DNA of 64,000 nucleotides from Capsulimonadaceae bacterium (GTDB taxonomy: Bacteria; Armatimonadota; Armatimonadia; Armatimonadales; Capsulimonadaceae), in contig OZ244065.1 of NCBI GenBank assembly GCA_965215505.1, forward strand, positions 2,848,001 through 2,912,000, written 5' to 3'. The notes under the pieces were generated by a model that had not been told where the DNA came from, did no database searches, and saw only the letters and a program-made list of their open reading frames with translations. Within the stretch, counting starts at the first letter, position 1. Every line of letters begins with the position of its first letter. Shown here piece by piece: positions 36,923 through 47,512 of this stretch. Position numbers and translations under genes: made by a program.

Positions 36923-38893
36923 ATGAAGAAACATGCCCTCTTGATGTGCCTCTCGCTTGCGGCGTTCCTGCTGCCCCACAGTCGGGCACATGCCCAGGCA
37001 CCCTCCCCGCCTGCCGCCCCCGCCCCACCCCCGACGGTCGCCGCGCCGCCCGCACCGGTCACGTTGCGGATAGACCTGGGGCACCCCGGCGCGCGCGTCA
37101 GCCCGATGCTGTACGGGCTGATGACCGAGGAGATCAACCACGCCTATGACGGCGGGCTGTACGCCGAACTCCTCCAGAACCGGCAGTTCCAGGACGACCT
37201 CGCGACCCCCCTCCATTGGAGTCTGGTGCAGGGCGGCGGATCGGGGAGCATCACTTTGGATACGACCCAGCCGCTCAATGCCGCCCAGCCGGTTAGCCTG
37301 AAGCTGACGGTCGGGGCGGCGGGGGCGCGGGTCGGGGTCGCCAATGACGGCTTCTGGGGCATCCCCGTCCGGCCCGCCACGCGCTACCGGGCCACGTTCT
37401 TCGCCCGCGCAGATTCGGGCTTTTCCGGGCCGCTGACTGTGAGCATCGAGAGTGCCGATGGGGCCACCGTTTACGCGCGGGGGCAGGTGGCGAAAGTCTC
37501 CCAGGACTGGAAGCAGTACACGGTTTCGCTCACGACCGGGCGGGTCGCCCCGACGCAGGCGGCCCGGTTCGTCCTCTCCGCCGCCGCTCCGGGCACGGTC
37601 CGGTTCAGCCTGGTGTCGCTGTTCCCACCGACCTACAACGACCGGCCTAATGGCAACCGGGTGGACCTGATGCAGAAGCTGGCCGCCATGCGTCCCGCCT
37701 TCCTGCGCCTGCCCGGCGGCGACTATCTAGAGGGCGAAACCATCGCCACGCGCTTCGACTGGAAGAAGACGGTCGGCCCGCTGGAGGGCCGGCCCGGTCA
37801 CCTCGGCCCGTGGAGCTACCGGTCTTCCGACGGCCTCGGCCTGCTGGAATATCTGGAATGGTGCGAGGACCTGAAGATGGAGCCGCTGCTGGCCGTCTAC
37901 GCCGGGTACTCGCGCTTCCGCCACAAGAACCCGAACCCCGAGGCCGTCGCGCCCGGTCCCGCCCTCCAGCCCTATGTGCAGGACGCCCTGGACGAGATCG
38001 AGTACACGACGGGCGACACGCACACCAAATGGGGCGCGGAGCGGGCGCGCGACGGACACCCGGCCCGCTTCCCGCTGCACTACGTCGAGATCGGCAACGA
38101 GGACTTTTTCGACAAGGCCGGGACCTATGACGGCCGGTTCGCGCAGTTCTTTGACGCCATCCGGGCCGCCTATCCGAAGCTACAACTGATCGCGACCACC
38201 AAGGTCGGCAGCAGAACGCCCGACCTGGTGGACGACCATTTTTACCGCCAGGCGGTCGGATTTGAAAAGGACGTCCACCACTACGACGACGCCCGCCGGA
38301 CCGGCCCGAAGGTGCTGGTCGGCGAGTGGGCCACCCGCGAGGGGACGCCGACGCCCGACATGAACGCCGCGCTGGGAGACGCCGCCTGGATGACCGGCAT
38401 GGAGCGCAACGCGGACGTCGTGGTGATGGCCTCCTACGCCCCCCTGCTGGTGAACGTCAACCCCGGCGCGCGCCAGTGGCGGCCGGACCTGATCGGCTAC
38501 GACGCCCTGACGAGCTACGGCTCACCGTCGTACTATGCCCAGAAGATGTTCCGCGACTTCCTGGGTGATGTCATCATCCCGGCCACCTTGGACGCGGGCG
38601 ACACCGTCTTCGAGAGCGTCACCCGCGACAGCCGGACGGGGGCGCTCTTCGTCAAGCTGGTCAACCCCGCCGGGACCGCCCAGGCCGTCCATGTGACCCT
38701 GACCGGCGCGCGGTCCGTCTCCCCGACCGGCACGGCGACGGTGCTGAGTGGGAGCGGCCCGACCGACACCAACACGATCACCGACCCGGTCCACATCGTG
38801 CCGGTCACGTCCCCCCTGAGCGGCCTGGGGCCGGACTTTGACACCCGCCTCCCGCCGTACTCGATCACCGTGTTCCAGATGCAGACGAAATGA
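36923..38893 (+). CDS. Secreted GH51 alpha-L-arabinofuranosidase
   Basis: EEINHAYDGGLYAEL, LRLPGG, YVEIGNED, VGEWA, ERNADVV, SYAPL. Confidence 0.92.
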   Translation: MKKHALLMCLSLAAFLLPHSRAHAQAPSPPAAPAPPPTVAAPPAPVTLRIDLGHPGARVSPMLYGLMTEEINHAYDGGLYAELLQNRQFQDDLATPLHWSLVQGGGSGSITLDTTQPLNAAQPVSLKLTVGAAGARVGVANDGFWGIPVRPATRYRATFFARADSGFSGPLTVSIESADGATVYARGQVAKVSQDWKQYTVSLTTGRVAPTQAARFVLSAAAPGTVRFSLVSLFPPTYNDRPNGNRVDLMQKLAAMRPAFLRLPGGDYLEGETIATRFDWKKTVGPLEGRPGHLGPWSYRSSDGLGLLEYLEWCEDLKMEPLLAVYAGYSRFRHKNPNPEAVAPGPALQPYVQDALDEIEYTTGDTHTKWGAERARDGHPARFPLHYVEIGNEDFFDKAGTYDGRFAQFFDAIRAAYPKLQLIATTKVGSRTPDLVDDHFYRQAVGFEKDVHHYDDARRTGPKVLVGEWATREGTPTPDMNAALGDAAWMTGMERNADVVVMASYAPLLVNVNPGARQWRPDLIGYDALTSYGSPSYYAQKMFRDFLGDVIIPATLDAGDTVFESVTRDSRTGALFVKLVNPAGTAQAVHVTLTGARSVSPTGTATVLSGSGPTDTNTITDPVHIVPVTSPLSGLGPDFDTRLPPYSITVFQMQTK

Positions 38894-40515
38894 AGGCAGC
38901 AAAGATGAGAAGCAGAGCAGGCAAGACACTCTCCTATGGCATCGCGCTCGCCTTCGCGCTTGCCGCCCGGAGCGGGGCGCAGGTGAGTCCGGGCACGACG
39001 CCCGAAATGGCGACAATCGCCGCCGCCGCCAAACCCGCTCTCCCGACCGGGCCGGTCAAGCCGACCTGGCAGTCCATCGGGGACAATTACAAGACGCCCG
39101 AGTGGTTCCGGGACGCCAAGTTCGGCATCTTCATGCATTGGGGCCTGTACGCGGTGCCCGCCCACGGCAGCGAGTGGTACGTCCGGTACATGTACGGCAA
39201 TCCCGCGTTCACCAAGTGGCACACTGACCACTATGGGCCGCCCGACAAGTTCGGCTACAAGGATTTCATTCCGCTCTTTACCGCCGCCAAGTGGGACCCC
39301 GACGCCTGGGCCACGCTGTTCAAGAGGGCGGGCGCGAAATACGTCATCCCCACTGCCGAGCATCACGACGGGTTCGCCCTGTGGGACAGCGACCTGACGC
39401 CGTGGAACGCGAAGAAGATGGGGCCGAGGCGCGACCTGATCGGCGACCTGTCCAAAGCCGTCCGAAAGCAGGGACTCAAGTTCGGCGTGTCCAGCCACCG
39501 GATGAACCACTACGACTTCATCCAGCCCACGCCCGGCCTGAAGACCGACCTCCTGGACCCACGCTATGACGACTTTTATTGGGTGGGGAACCACAGCGAC
39601 GCGCGCTACGAGCAGTTCATGGCCGACTGGGTGGCGCGAAGCTGCGAACTGATAGACAAGTACCAGCCGGACATGCTCTGGTATGACATGGGCGGGGACA
39701 GCCGGGTGCAGGACGCGATCAAGACGAAGGTGGCCGCCTACTACTACGACCGGGCCAGGATGTGGGGCAAAGAGGTCTCGATCAGCGCGAAGGGCGAGGC
39801 GTTCCTGACCGGCAGCGTCATGGACTACGAGCGCGAGGGGCGCGCGCCGCTGGAGCTGACCGACTACGCCTGGCAGGCGGACGACCCCATCGGCAACAAG
39901 TTCGGCTATGTGGAGGGGATGCAGCTTGCGAACGCGGGGACGCTTGTGATGCGTCTTGTTGAGAACACCAGCAAGAACGGCAGCCTGCTGCTGAACATCT
40001 CGCCCCGTGCCGACGGCACCATCCCGCAGGAGCAGCAGGACATTCTGCTCGGCATCGGAGAGTGGCTGGACGTCAACGGCGAGGCCATTTACGGGACGCG
40101 GCCCTGGGTGAAGTACGGGGAAGGTGCCGCCGCCCAGACGATGACGCAGATCCGGGCGGCGGGCTTCGCCGGGCGCACCAACGAGAAGAACCTGGGCGGA
40201 ACGCTGGTGGCGGGGGGCGGCGTCCCGCGCCACGGCTACACGGCCCAGGACTTCCGCTTCACCACGAAGGGCGACACGCTCTACGCGCTGGGCATGGCCT
40301 GGCCGGGGGCGTCGGCACTCGTCACGTCGCTTGCAGCGGGGGACGCCGGGCCGGGGAAGGTCCAGCGGGTGGAATTGCTGGGGCACGCGGGCGCGCTCCT
40401 GTTCAACCAGGACGCGGGCGGCCTAAAGGTGACGCTGCCCGCCGAAAGGCCCTGCGACTACGCCTATACCCTGAAAATCACCGGATCAGCACTGCACACG
40501 AAGGGAACCACCTGA
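38890..40515 (+). CDS. GH29 alpha-L-fucosidase
   Basis: WFRDAKFGIFMHWG, AEHHDGF, PDMLWYD nucleophile, SKNGSLLLN. Confidence 0.92.
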   Translation: MKAAKMRSRAGKTLSYGIALAFALAARSGAQVSPGTTPEMATIAAAAKPALPTGPVKPTWQSIGDNYKTPEWFRDAKFGIFMHWGLYAVPAHGSEWYVRYMYGNPAFTKWHTDHYGPPDKFGYKDFIPLFTAAKWDPDAWATLFKRAGAKYVIPTAEHHDGFALWDSDLTPWNAKKMGPRRDLIGDLSKAVRKQGLKFGVSSHRMNHYDFIQPTPGLKTDLLDPRYDDFYWVGNHSDARYEQFMADWVARSCELIDKYQPDMLWYDMGGDSRVQDAIKTKVAAYYYDRARMWGKEVSISAKGEAFLTGSVMDYEREGRAPLELTDYAWQADDPIGNKFGYVEGMQLANAGTLVMRLVENTSKNGSLLLNISPRADGTIPQEQQDILLGIGEWLDVNGEAIYGTRPWVKYGEGAAAQTMTQIRAAGFAGRTNEKNLGGTLVAGGGVPRHGYTAQDFRFTTKGDTLYALGMAWPGASALVTSLAAGDAGPGKVQRVELLGHAGALLFNQDAGGLKVTLPAERPCDYAYTLKITGSALHTKGTT

Positions 40516-42215
40516 TGCGAACGAAGATCAACCGACGGACACTACGGACGCTGGCGGCGGCGCTGGCGGCGGTGGGTGCCGCCGCGCCAAGCGCTTGCGC
40601 CCAGACAGTCCCACCCCCCGCCCTCGCAGCGCCGACAGCCGCGGACGACACCGCCCGGCAGCTCGGCGCGGGCGGGAACAGTGCGGGCTATGACATGGCC
40701 CCCGAGACCCGCATCGAGGTCGTCCAGGCCGCCGTCGCGGCCATCCCGGAGAAGCTGCCCGCCGGGCCGGTCAAGCCGACCTGGGAGTCGCTCCAGGCGA
40801 ACTACACGGCCCCGGCATGGTTCCGGGATGCCAAGTTCGGCATCTTCATGCACTGGGGGCTGTACACCGTGCCCGCGCACGGGAACGAGTGGTACGAGCA
40901 GCATCTATACGGCAACGCGCCCACCCTCCAGTGGCACACGAAGCATTTCGGGCCGGTTGACAAGTTCGGCTACAAGGACTTCATCCCCCTGTTCACGGCC
41001 TCCAAATGGGACCCCGACGCCTGGGCCACGCTGTTCAAGAAGGCGGGCGCGAAGTACGTCATCCCCACAGCCGAGCATCATGAGAACTTCGCGCTGTGGG
41101 ACAGCGCGGTCGCCCCGTGGAACGCCAAGGCGATGGGGCCGAAGCGCGACCTGATCGGCGACCTGTCCAAAGCCGTCCGTCGGCAGGGACTCAAGTTCGG
41201 CGTGTCCAACCACGGCATCGAGAACTTCCAGTTCATCCATCCGGACTCCTCCGCCGCCTCCCGCGCGCTGATGGCCGACCTGAAGGCGAAGGGGGCGGAC
41301 ATCTACGACCCGAAATGGGAAACCTTCTATAACGTCGCGGACCGCAGCGACGCCGCCTGCCAGCGGTTCCTCACCAACTGGGCCGAGCGGAACGTCGAGC
41401 TGATAGACAAGTACCAGCCGGACATGCTCTGGTTTGACAACGGCGTGGACCAGCGCTATCTCGACCCGCTCAAGCTCTGGGTGGCCGCCTACTACTATGA
41501 CCGGGCCAGGACGTGGGGCAAAGAGGTTTCAATCAGCACCAAGAAGGCGGCCTACGCGCCCAGCGGCACGAACCTCCAGACCATCGGCTCGGTCATTGAC
41601 TTCGAAAAAATCGGCGCGCGCTCTCCCGGCGGCATCCGCCCCGGCGCGTGGCAGGTGGACCAGCCCATCGGCAGCACCTGGGGCTACACCAGCGACATGC
41701 GCGTCTCGGGGCCGGGGACGATCATCGGCAGCCTGGCCGACACGGTCAGCAAGAACGGGAACCTGCTGCTGAACATCTCGCCGATGCCTGACGGGACCAT
41801 CCCGCAGGAGCAGCAGGATACTTTACTTGCCGTCGGCAAGTGGCTGGACGTCAACGGCGAGGCGATCTACGGCACGCACGCCTGGACGAAGTTCGGCGAA
41901 ACCGTCCCGCGCGGGCAGCCCGGCCTGAACGTCCGCTTCACGGTCAAGGGCGACGCCCTCTACGCGATCATCCTCGGGCCATGGCCCGGCACCGAAGCGG
42001 TTGTCGCGTCACTCGCGACAGGCCCAGCGCCTGGGGGGAAGATCACAAACGTCACCATGCTCGGCAGCCCGGACAGGCTGACCTTCACCCAGGACGCGGC
42101 GGGCCTGAAGGTGGAGCTGCCCAGAGCCGCGCCGTGCCAATACGGCTATACCCTCAAGATCACGGGCCTGCGGATGAACCCCTCGCTGTGGACGGCCTCG
42201 GGCAACCCCCAATAG
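40515..42215 (+). CDS. GH29 alpha-L-fucosidase (second paralog)
   Basis: TGATG overlap; MRTKINRR signal; AKFGIFMHWG, AEHHENF, PDMLWFD. Confidence 0.92.
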   Translation: MRTKINRRTLRTLAAALAAVGAAAPSACAQTVPPPALAAPTAADDTARQLGAGGNSAGYDMAPETRIEVVQAAVAAIPEKLPAGPVKPTWESLQANYTAPAWFRDAKFGIFMHWGLYTVPAHGNEWYEQHLYGNAPTLQWHTKHFGPVDKFGYKDFIPLFTASKWDPDAWATLFKKAGAKYVIPTAEHHENFALWDSAVAPWNAKAMGPKRDLIGDLSKAVRRQGLKFGVSNHGIENFQFIHPDSSAASRALMADLKAKGADIYDPKWETFYNVADRSDAACQRFLTNWAERNVELIDKYQPDMLWFDNGVDQRYLDPLKLWVAAYYYDRARTWGKEVSISTKKAAYAPSGTNLQTIGSVIDFEKIGARSPGGIRPGAWQVDQPIGSTWGYTSDMRVSGPGTIIGSLADTVSKNGNLLLNISPMPDGTIPQEQQDTLLAVGKWLDVNGEAIYGTHAWTKFGETVPRGQPGLNVRFTVKGDALYAIILGPWPGTEAVVASLATGPAPGGKITNVTMLGSPDRLTFTQDAAGLKVELPRAAPCQYGYTLKITGLRMNPSLWTASGNPQ

Positions 42216-42236
42216 GGTGACGAAGTGGGGCAGACG

Positions 42237-42274
42237 GAAAAAGAGCAGGGGATCATGTCCCCTGCTCCTTTTTC
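42237..42274. terminator. Bidirectional terminator
   Basis: GAAAAAGAGCAGGGGA-TCATG-TCCCCTGCTCCTTTTTC. Confidence 0.8.
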
Positions 42275-42302
42275 TTTGGAATGCCGCGCGCTGATCGCCC
42301 CC

Positions 42303-43091
42303 TTAATCGTCCTCAATCGTCCACAGATAGGCGATGTCATGTCCCTGAATGCTGTGCGTCGCCACCAGGGCCTCGCCGCGCATCCACTTGGCGTGCCCGT
42401 CGCACCAGAGGACGGTCATACCGCCGCTGTGCGCCAGAGCGGCGATGGGCTTGGCCCTTGAATAGAGCGACGGCGGGATCGTGGTCTGGTTGAAAGTCGG
42501 GTTGAAGATGTCCGAGTCCCAGGAGATCGAGCAGTTGTTGTAGCCGCTGTCGGCGTAGATGACCTCGGCGGTCAGGATGGTGTCCGAGGGGGCCGCGATC
42601 TGCGACAGCGGCGCACCGACGGGGTTGTGGGTGGGCACGTCCCCGGTATAAGTGTGCCCGCGATAGTTGGCTCCGTTGATGCCGTAGGTCCCGAACCGAT
42701 ACCCCGCGCGGTTCGAGCAAACGCCGTTCACGTTGTTGCACGGCACATACTCCAGAGAGTTAGTGATGTTGTCCGGGCAGTCGAAGACATTGGTACTCTT
42801 GACGTAGGGATACAGCTCGTCCATCCATTTCGGGTTGGAGGCGGCGTTCAGGCCGTAGTTGCCGATCGGCATGGTTTCGTCGGCGTCCTGACAGTACTGG
42901 ATCAGGCCCAGGCCGACCTGCTTCTGGTTGGATATGCAGGCGGTCCGGCGGGCGTTCTCCCGGACCTTCTGGAAGACGGGGAACAGGATGGCCGCCAATA
43001 TTGCGATAATTGCGATGACAACGAGAAGCTCGATCAGCGTGAAGCCGGACGGGCGGCGGGCGGCGCTCCTTGAAGACGATGAATGTTTCAT
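42303..43091 (-). CDS. Prepilin-type N-methylation / DUF1559 / H-X9-DG protein
   Basis: [45 protein letters not shown]. Confidence 0.93.
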   Translation of the reverse strand: MKHSSSSRSAARRPSGFTLIELLVVIAIIAILAAILFPVFQKVRENARRTACISNQKQVGLGLIQYCQDADETMPIGNYGLNAASNPKWMDELYPYVKSTNVFDCPDNITNSLEYVPCNNVNGVCSNRAGYRFGTYGINGANYRGHTYTGDVPTHNPVGAPLSQIAAPSDTILTAEVIYADSGYNNCSISWDSDIFNPTFNQTTIPPSLYSRAKPIAALAHSGGMTVLWCDGHAKWMRGEALVATHSIQGHDIAYLWTIEDD

Positions 43092-43230
43092 TTCCTTCTC
43101 CTGTTAATTACGGAACCCTTTTTCTGCGCGAGGGCGAACGGTTCCGACGCGCCCGTTCCTGGTTCATTCGCAATTATAGCACGTCGCAGGGGGTTTGTAA
43201 ACCGGTTTACAATTTATTTTTGGAGCGCCT

Positions 43231-44130
43231 TCACTGCTGAACGCCGTGCGCCTTCAGGAAGGCAAAGATCTGCCGATGCACTCCAACCCACTGGTCCGAC
43301 GAGAAGCCGTGCTTCGCCCCCGGAACCGTAATCATTCGCGCCTCCGCCCCCGCCCCGTTCAAAGCCCGCATGAGCCGCGTACTCTGCTCCACAGGGACGG
43401 TGGTGTCGTCCGCGCCCTGGGCGATGAAGGTGGGCGGCAGCCCCTTCCGCACATAGGTGAGAGGCGAGACCCGTTTCGCAAGGTCCAGCCGCCCCGCCCC
43501 GTCCGGCACCCACTGCGTGGCCCAGGACTGGCGGTGCGGCCCGGCCAGCAGATCGGCCACGTCGGTCGGGCCGTAGCAGTCCACGACGGCGGCCACCGGG
43601 GAGTAGGGGCCGAGGCCCGCCCCGGCCGGGGTCATCCCCACCATCAGGGCCAGGTGCCCGCCCGCCGAGGCCCCGGTGACGACGATCCGATGCGTGTCCA
43701 CGTTGTATTTGCCGGCGTTTTTGAAGAACCACGCCGCCGCGTCCAGGGCGTCATTCACGGCGGCCGGGGCAGGCGCGACGGGGGCCAGCCGGTATTCGAC
43801 GTTGCAGACGACGTAGCCCTGCTGGAGATACGGCAGGCAGAAGGAGTGCATCATCGTCTCCTTGCTGCTCCGTATCCACCCGCCGCCGTGGAACATGATC
43901 ACGCCGGGCCGCTTGCCGGGCTTTGCCGGAGCGGGCGTCGTAGGCTGCATGACGTCCAGCACTGTCTGCGGGTACTTGTCGTAGGGGAGGTTCTGCTCGA
44001 TTGTGTATGCAGGGGGCGCAGCGGGCACGGTCGGGGCGGGAGGCATCACGCCCTGGGCCGGACAGATGCGGGCCGACAGGGCGAGCAGGGCGATGAGCGG
44101 CAGAGCCGCCAGACAGCGGGCGCGGGACAT
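43231..44130 (-). CDS. Secreted alpha/beta hydrolase (HSL/BD-FAE-like esterase)
   Basis: FHGGGW, GASAGG, QGADDTTV, GAKHGF; start MSRARC. Confidence 0.9.
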   Translation of the reverse strand: MSRARCLAALPLIALLALSARICPAQGVMPPAPTVPAAPPAYTIEQNLPYDKYPQTVLDVMQPTTPAPAKPGKRPGVIMFHGGGWIRSSKETMMHSFCLPYLQQGYVVCNVEYRLAPVAPAPAAVNDALDAAAWFFKNAGKYNVDTHRIVVTGASAGGHLALMVGMTPAGAGLGPYSPVAAVVDCYGPTDVADLLAGPHRQSWATQWVPDGAGRLDLAKRVSPLTYVRKGLPPTFIAQGADDTTVPVEQSTRLMRALNGAGAEARMITVPGAKHGFSSDQWVGVHRQIFAFLKAHGVQQ

Positions 44131-44149
44131 GAGGAGCCTTTCAAGCGAT

Positions 44150-44391
44150 CCGGCGCTGAACCGCCGGTCTAAACGGATGGGCCGCCCGCCTCGGGGCTTT
44201 GGAAAGAAAATGAGGCGGGAGAAGAGGGCGCGCATCAGGAAAGCGCGGATCAGGAAAGAGGGCGCGGCAAGCGGCGCCCCTACGAGGTCCAGACGGCGTG
44301 GCCCGGCAGCACTCTCCGACAATCCCCTCCGAAGCCCCGAAGGGGCGGCCCACCGGCGAAGCCGGGAGGAGACCGGCGGTTTAGCGCCGGG
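44150..44391. repeat. Composite inverted-repeat element with GTAG REP
   Basis: CCGGCGCTGAACCGCCGGTCTA... and inverted ...AGACCGGCGGTTTAGCGCCGG; internal AGGGCGCGGCAAGCGGCGCCCCTAC identical to the copy at ~27889. Confidence 0.8.
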
Positions 44392-44410
44392 TCCTTCGTG
44401 CGCCGGGCCT

Positions 44411-45388
44411 TCAGCCCGCGCTCTCCGCCTTCAGGTCCAGGTATGCCAACTCCTGCGGGGTCAGCTTGATCTCCTGGGCGGCGGCGTTGGCGGCGAACTG
44501 CTCGGGGGTCAGGCTGGAAATCAGCGTGAACAGGTTGAGCGGCTGGCTCATCGAGAAGGCGAGGGCGATCTGGGCGACGCTCAGGCCCTTCGCCGAGGCC
44601 AGCTCGCGCGCCCGGTCCAGGCGCTGGAAATTGGTCTCGCCGCAGTAGCACTTGATGCAGAGCTGGGCGAAGTAGTTGTCGGCGGCGAACGTGTCCAGGT
44701 TGTCCCGGTGGTAGATGTCCGAGAAGAAGCCGCCGGCCATGCTCGACCAGGGCATGACGGCGATGCCGGTCCGGGCGTAGTAGTCCCGCGCCTCCTGCCC
44801 CTGCGGGCCGCTAATGCTGATGCAGCCGGCCCACGGCTCCTCGTACATCTCCGCCAGGCTGAAGTTCGGGCTGGTGACGGCGAACGGAGTCAGGCCGTGC
44901 GCGGCGGCATAGTCGTTGGCCTCCTTGATGCGCTGCCAGGACCAGTTGGAGCCGCCATAGGCCCCGATGCGCCCGGCTTTTTTGTGACCGTCCAGGGCCT
45001 CCACGATGGGGCCGACCGGGACGGAGGGGTCGTCGCGGTGCAGGACATACAGGTCGAAGTAGTCCAGCCCCTGCCGCTTCATGGACTCGGTCATGTCCGA
45101 TTCGATGTCCTCGGGCGTCACCCGGTTGTGCCCATAGGGGTGCGCGCCTTTGGCGAGGATGACGACCTTGTCGCGGGCATCTCGCTCGCGCACCCACCGT
45201 CCCAAGGTGGACTCGTTGCCCTCGCCGTAGCAGTGGGCGGTGTCGAAGGTGTTGACGCCGTGTTCCATGGCGAGGTCCAGCAGGGCGAAGGCCTGGGCGG
45301 GCTTGCTGGCATCGAAGACGGTGTTGGCCGTTCCCTGGACGAGACGCGAGACCGGCTTGGTGACGCCGGGTACGTTGCCGTACTGCAT
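44411..45388 (-). CDS. Aldo/keto reductase
   Basis: FDTAHCYG, ILAKG, DLYVLHRD, GGSNW, WSSMAGG, AQIALA. Confidence 0.93.
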   Translation of the reverse strand: MQYGNVPGVTKPVSRLVQGTANTVFDASKPAQAFALLDLAMEHGVNTFDTAHCYGEGNESTLGRWVRERDARDKVVILAKGAHPYGHNRVTPEDIESDMTESMKRQGLDYFDLYVLHRDDPSVPVGPIVEALDGHKKAGRIGAYGGSNWSWQRIKEANDYAAAHGLTPFAVTSPNFSLAEMYEEPWAGCISISGPQGQEARDYYARTGIAVMPWSSMAGGFFSDIYHRDNLDTFAADNYFAQLCIKCYCGETNFQRLDRARELASAKGLSVAQIALAFSMSQPLNLFTLISSLTPEQFAANAAAQEIKLTPQELAYLDLKAESAG

Positions 45389-45394
45389 GGGTGT

Positions 45395-46213
45395 TTATCC
45401 TTTGGTTTGAGACTTCTTCGGTGTAGACTTCTTCATCGCCGCTTCTTCTTGGACCGCTGTTTGGACCGCTATCTGGAAGATGATGCGCCACATCGCCCTA
45501 AGATGCCGGAACCCGGCCCGCCACTGACCCCGCGCGAAGCTGACCCGCGCCAATTGGAACCATCCCCGCTGGTTGTAGGGGTGGAGGACCGTCGCCCGCT
45601 CGAAGGCCGCCACAGCCGCCTCCCGATGCCCAAGTCTCCATTCGCTGTGGCCCAGCACGAACCACTGGGCCGGCTCTACCGTCGGATGACTGACTATGGC
45701 GCGCGCCACCTCCCGCGCTTCTTCCCAGCGCTTCAGACGGTTCAAAGCCAGCCCGATGTAGGTCTGCACGAACTGAGGGTCGGAGGTGTCGGGCAGAGCG
45801 AGGCGGTAGCAGGTGAGGGCGCGCTCCCAGCGGCCCTCGGTCGCCGCCAACCTGCCGTAAGTCAACTGACGCTGCCATTCGGGGGCCGTCTCCGCCCGGA
45901 GCCGACTCGCCTCCCGCAGAGCCTGCTTCTGCGCCCGCCGCGCCTTGGGCGAGCCTCCCTTGTTGCCGTATGCCGACGCCAGGGCTGACTGAAAGCTGCC
46001 GTTTTCAGGCTCGCGCCGCACCGCCTCTTTCAGCTCAGTGATCGCCTGGCTTATCAGCCCCAGATGGATGCACGCCCCACCGGCATAGTAATGGGCATAT
46101 GCCGAATAGTCCGGGCGTGTCTTGATCTCCTCGCAGACGGCCAGGCACGCCCCCGGCATCTGCGCCTGATAAAGCTCATAAGCCTCTTGCAGCAGTTCGT
46201 ACTCGTCTTTCAT
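45395..46213 (-). CDS. Tetratricopeptide repeat protein
   Basis: AITELKEAVRREP, ALTCYRLAL, AVAAFERATVLHP TPR patterns. Confidence 0.8.
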   Translation of the reverse strand: MKDEYELLQEAYELYQAQMPGACLAVCEEIKTRPDYSAYAHYYAGGACIHLGLISQAITELKEAVRREPENGSFQSALASAYGNKGGSPKARRAQKQALREASRLRAETAPEWQRQLTYGRLAATEGRWERALTCYRLALPDTSDPQFVQTYIGLALNRLKRWEEAREVARAIVSHPTVEPAQWFVLGHSEWRLGHREAAVAAFERATVLHPYNQRGWFQLARVSFARGQWRAGFRHLRAMWRIIFQIAVQTAVQEEAAMKKSTPKKSQTKG

Positions 46214-46234
46214 TCCGTGCCTGGTGGTGATATG

Positions 46235-47473
46235 CTAACGGACGCCGACAGCCTCCCGGTGGGTCGCCGGGGCGGGGGCGTTCCCCTTGTCGACGAAGCG
46301 GGCGATGCGGCGCAGGGCTTCTTCTATTTTGGCGAGGCTGGTGGCGTAGGAGATGCGGATGTGGCCCTCCCCGCCGATGCCGAAGGCGGTGCCGGGGACG
46401 ACGGCGACGTGTTCCTCGAACAGCAGCCGCTCGGCGAACTCCTCGGACGTCATCCCCGTGGCCCGGATGCTGGGGAAGGCGTAGAACGCGCCCGAGGGCA
46501 TGTGGCATTCCAGGCCCGCCGCGTTCAGGCCGTCCACAACCAGGCGGCGGCGCTGGTTGTACTGGCCCACCATGTCACGCACGGCCGGTTCGCCGCTCTT
46601 CAAAGCCTCGATGGCCGCCTTCTGGCTGGTCGTCGGGACGCACATGATGGTGTACGAGTGGATCTTGTACATGGCATTCAGCAGGGCGGGCGGCGCGCAG
46701 ACATAGCCGACGCGCCAGCCGGTCATGGCATAGGCCTTGGAAAAGCCGTTCAGCAGGACCGTCCGCTCCCACGCGCCCGGCAGGGAGGCGACGCAGGTGT
46801 GCGCGCCGTCATAGGTCAGCCGGTCGTATATCTCGTCGCTGATGAGGTACAGGTCGTGCCGGACGGCGAAGTCCACGATCTGCTGCAAGGCCGCGCGCGG
46901 CATGGTCGCGCCGGTGGGGTTGGAGGGGTAGCCCAGCACGATGGCCTTGGTGCGCGGCGTAAGTGCGGCTTCCAGTTGGGCGACGGTGACGCGGAACTCG
47001 TCTTCCATCGCCGTGCGGATGCCGACCGGGACGCCCCCGGCGAGGCTGATGCAGGGCTTGTAGGAGACGTAGCACGGCTCCGGCACGATGACCTCGTCGC
47101 CGGGATCAAGGATGGCCCGCATGGCAAGGTCCATGCCTTCGGAAACGCCGACCGTGACCAGGATCTCATCTTCAAAGCGGTAGCGGACGCCGTACAGGTT
47201 CTCCAGATGCCGCGCGATGAGCTGCCGCAGCTCCAAGATGCCGTAGTTGCTGGTGTAGGTGGTCTGCCCGCGCTCCAATGAATAGATGGCGGCCTCGCGG
47301 ACGGCCCAGGGCGTGGCGAAGTCCGGCTCGCCGACGGAGAGCGAGATGACGTCCTGCATCTGCGCGGCGATGTCGAAGAACTTGCGGATGCCTGAGGGCG
47401 GCAGGTCCCGCGCGATGCGCGACAGGGTCAATTTCGAGGTTTGTTGAGGGGAGTGGTTGGCTTCGTTGCTCAT
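46235..47473 (-). CDS. Class I/II PLP aminotransferase (YugH/AlaT-like)
   Basis: PSGIRKFFD, SLSVGEPDF, PSNPTG, SDEIY, NGFSKAYAMTGWRVG. Confidence 0.93.
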   Translation of the reverse strand: MSNEANHSPQQTSKLTLSRIARDLPPSGIRKFFDIAAQMQDVISLSVGEPDFATPWAVREAAIYSLERGQTTYTSNYGILELRQLIARHLENLYGVRYRFEDEILVTVGVSEGMDLAMRAILDPGDEVIVPEPCYVSYKPCISLAGGVPVGIRTAMEDEFRVTVAQLEAALTPRTKAIVLGYPSNPTGATMPRAALQQIVDFAVRHDLYLISDEIYDRLTYDGAHTCVASLPGAWERTVLLNGFSKAYAMTGWRVGYVCAPPALLNAMYKIHSYTIMCVPTTSQKAAIEALKSGEPAVRDMVGQYNQRRRLVVDGLNAAGLECHMPSGAFYAFPSIRATGMTSEEFAERLLFEEHVAVVPGTAFGIGGEGHIRISYATSLAKIEEALRRIARFVDKGNAPAPATHREAVGVR

Positions 47474-47512
47474 GGTGATTCTCTTGCGCCGGCTCTATCG
47501 CTCATGCCGGCT

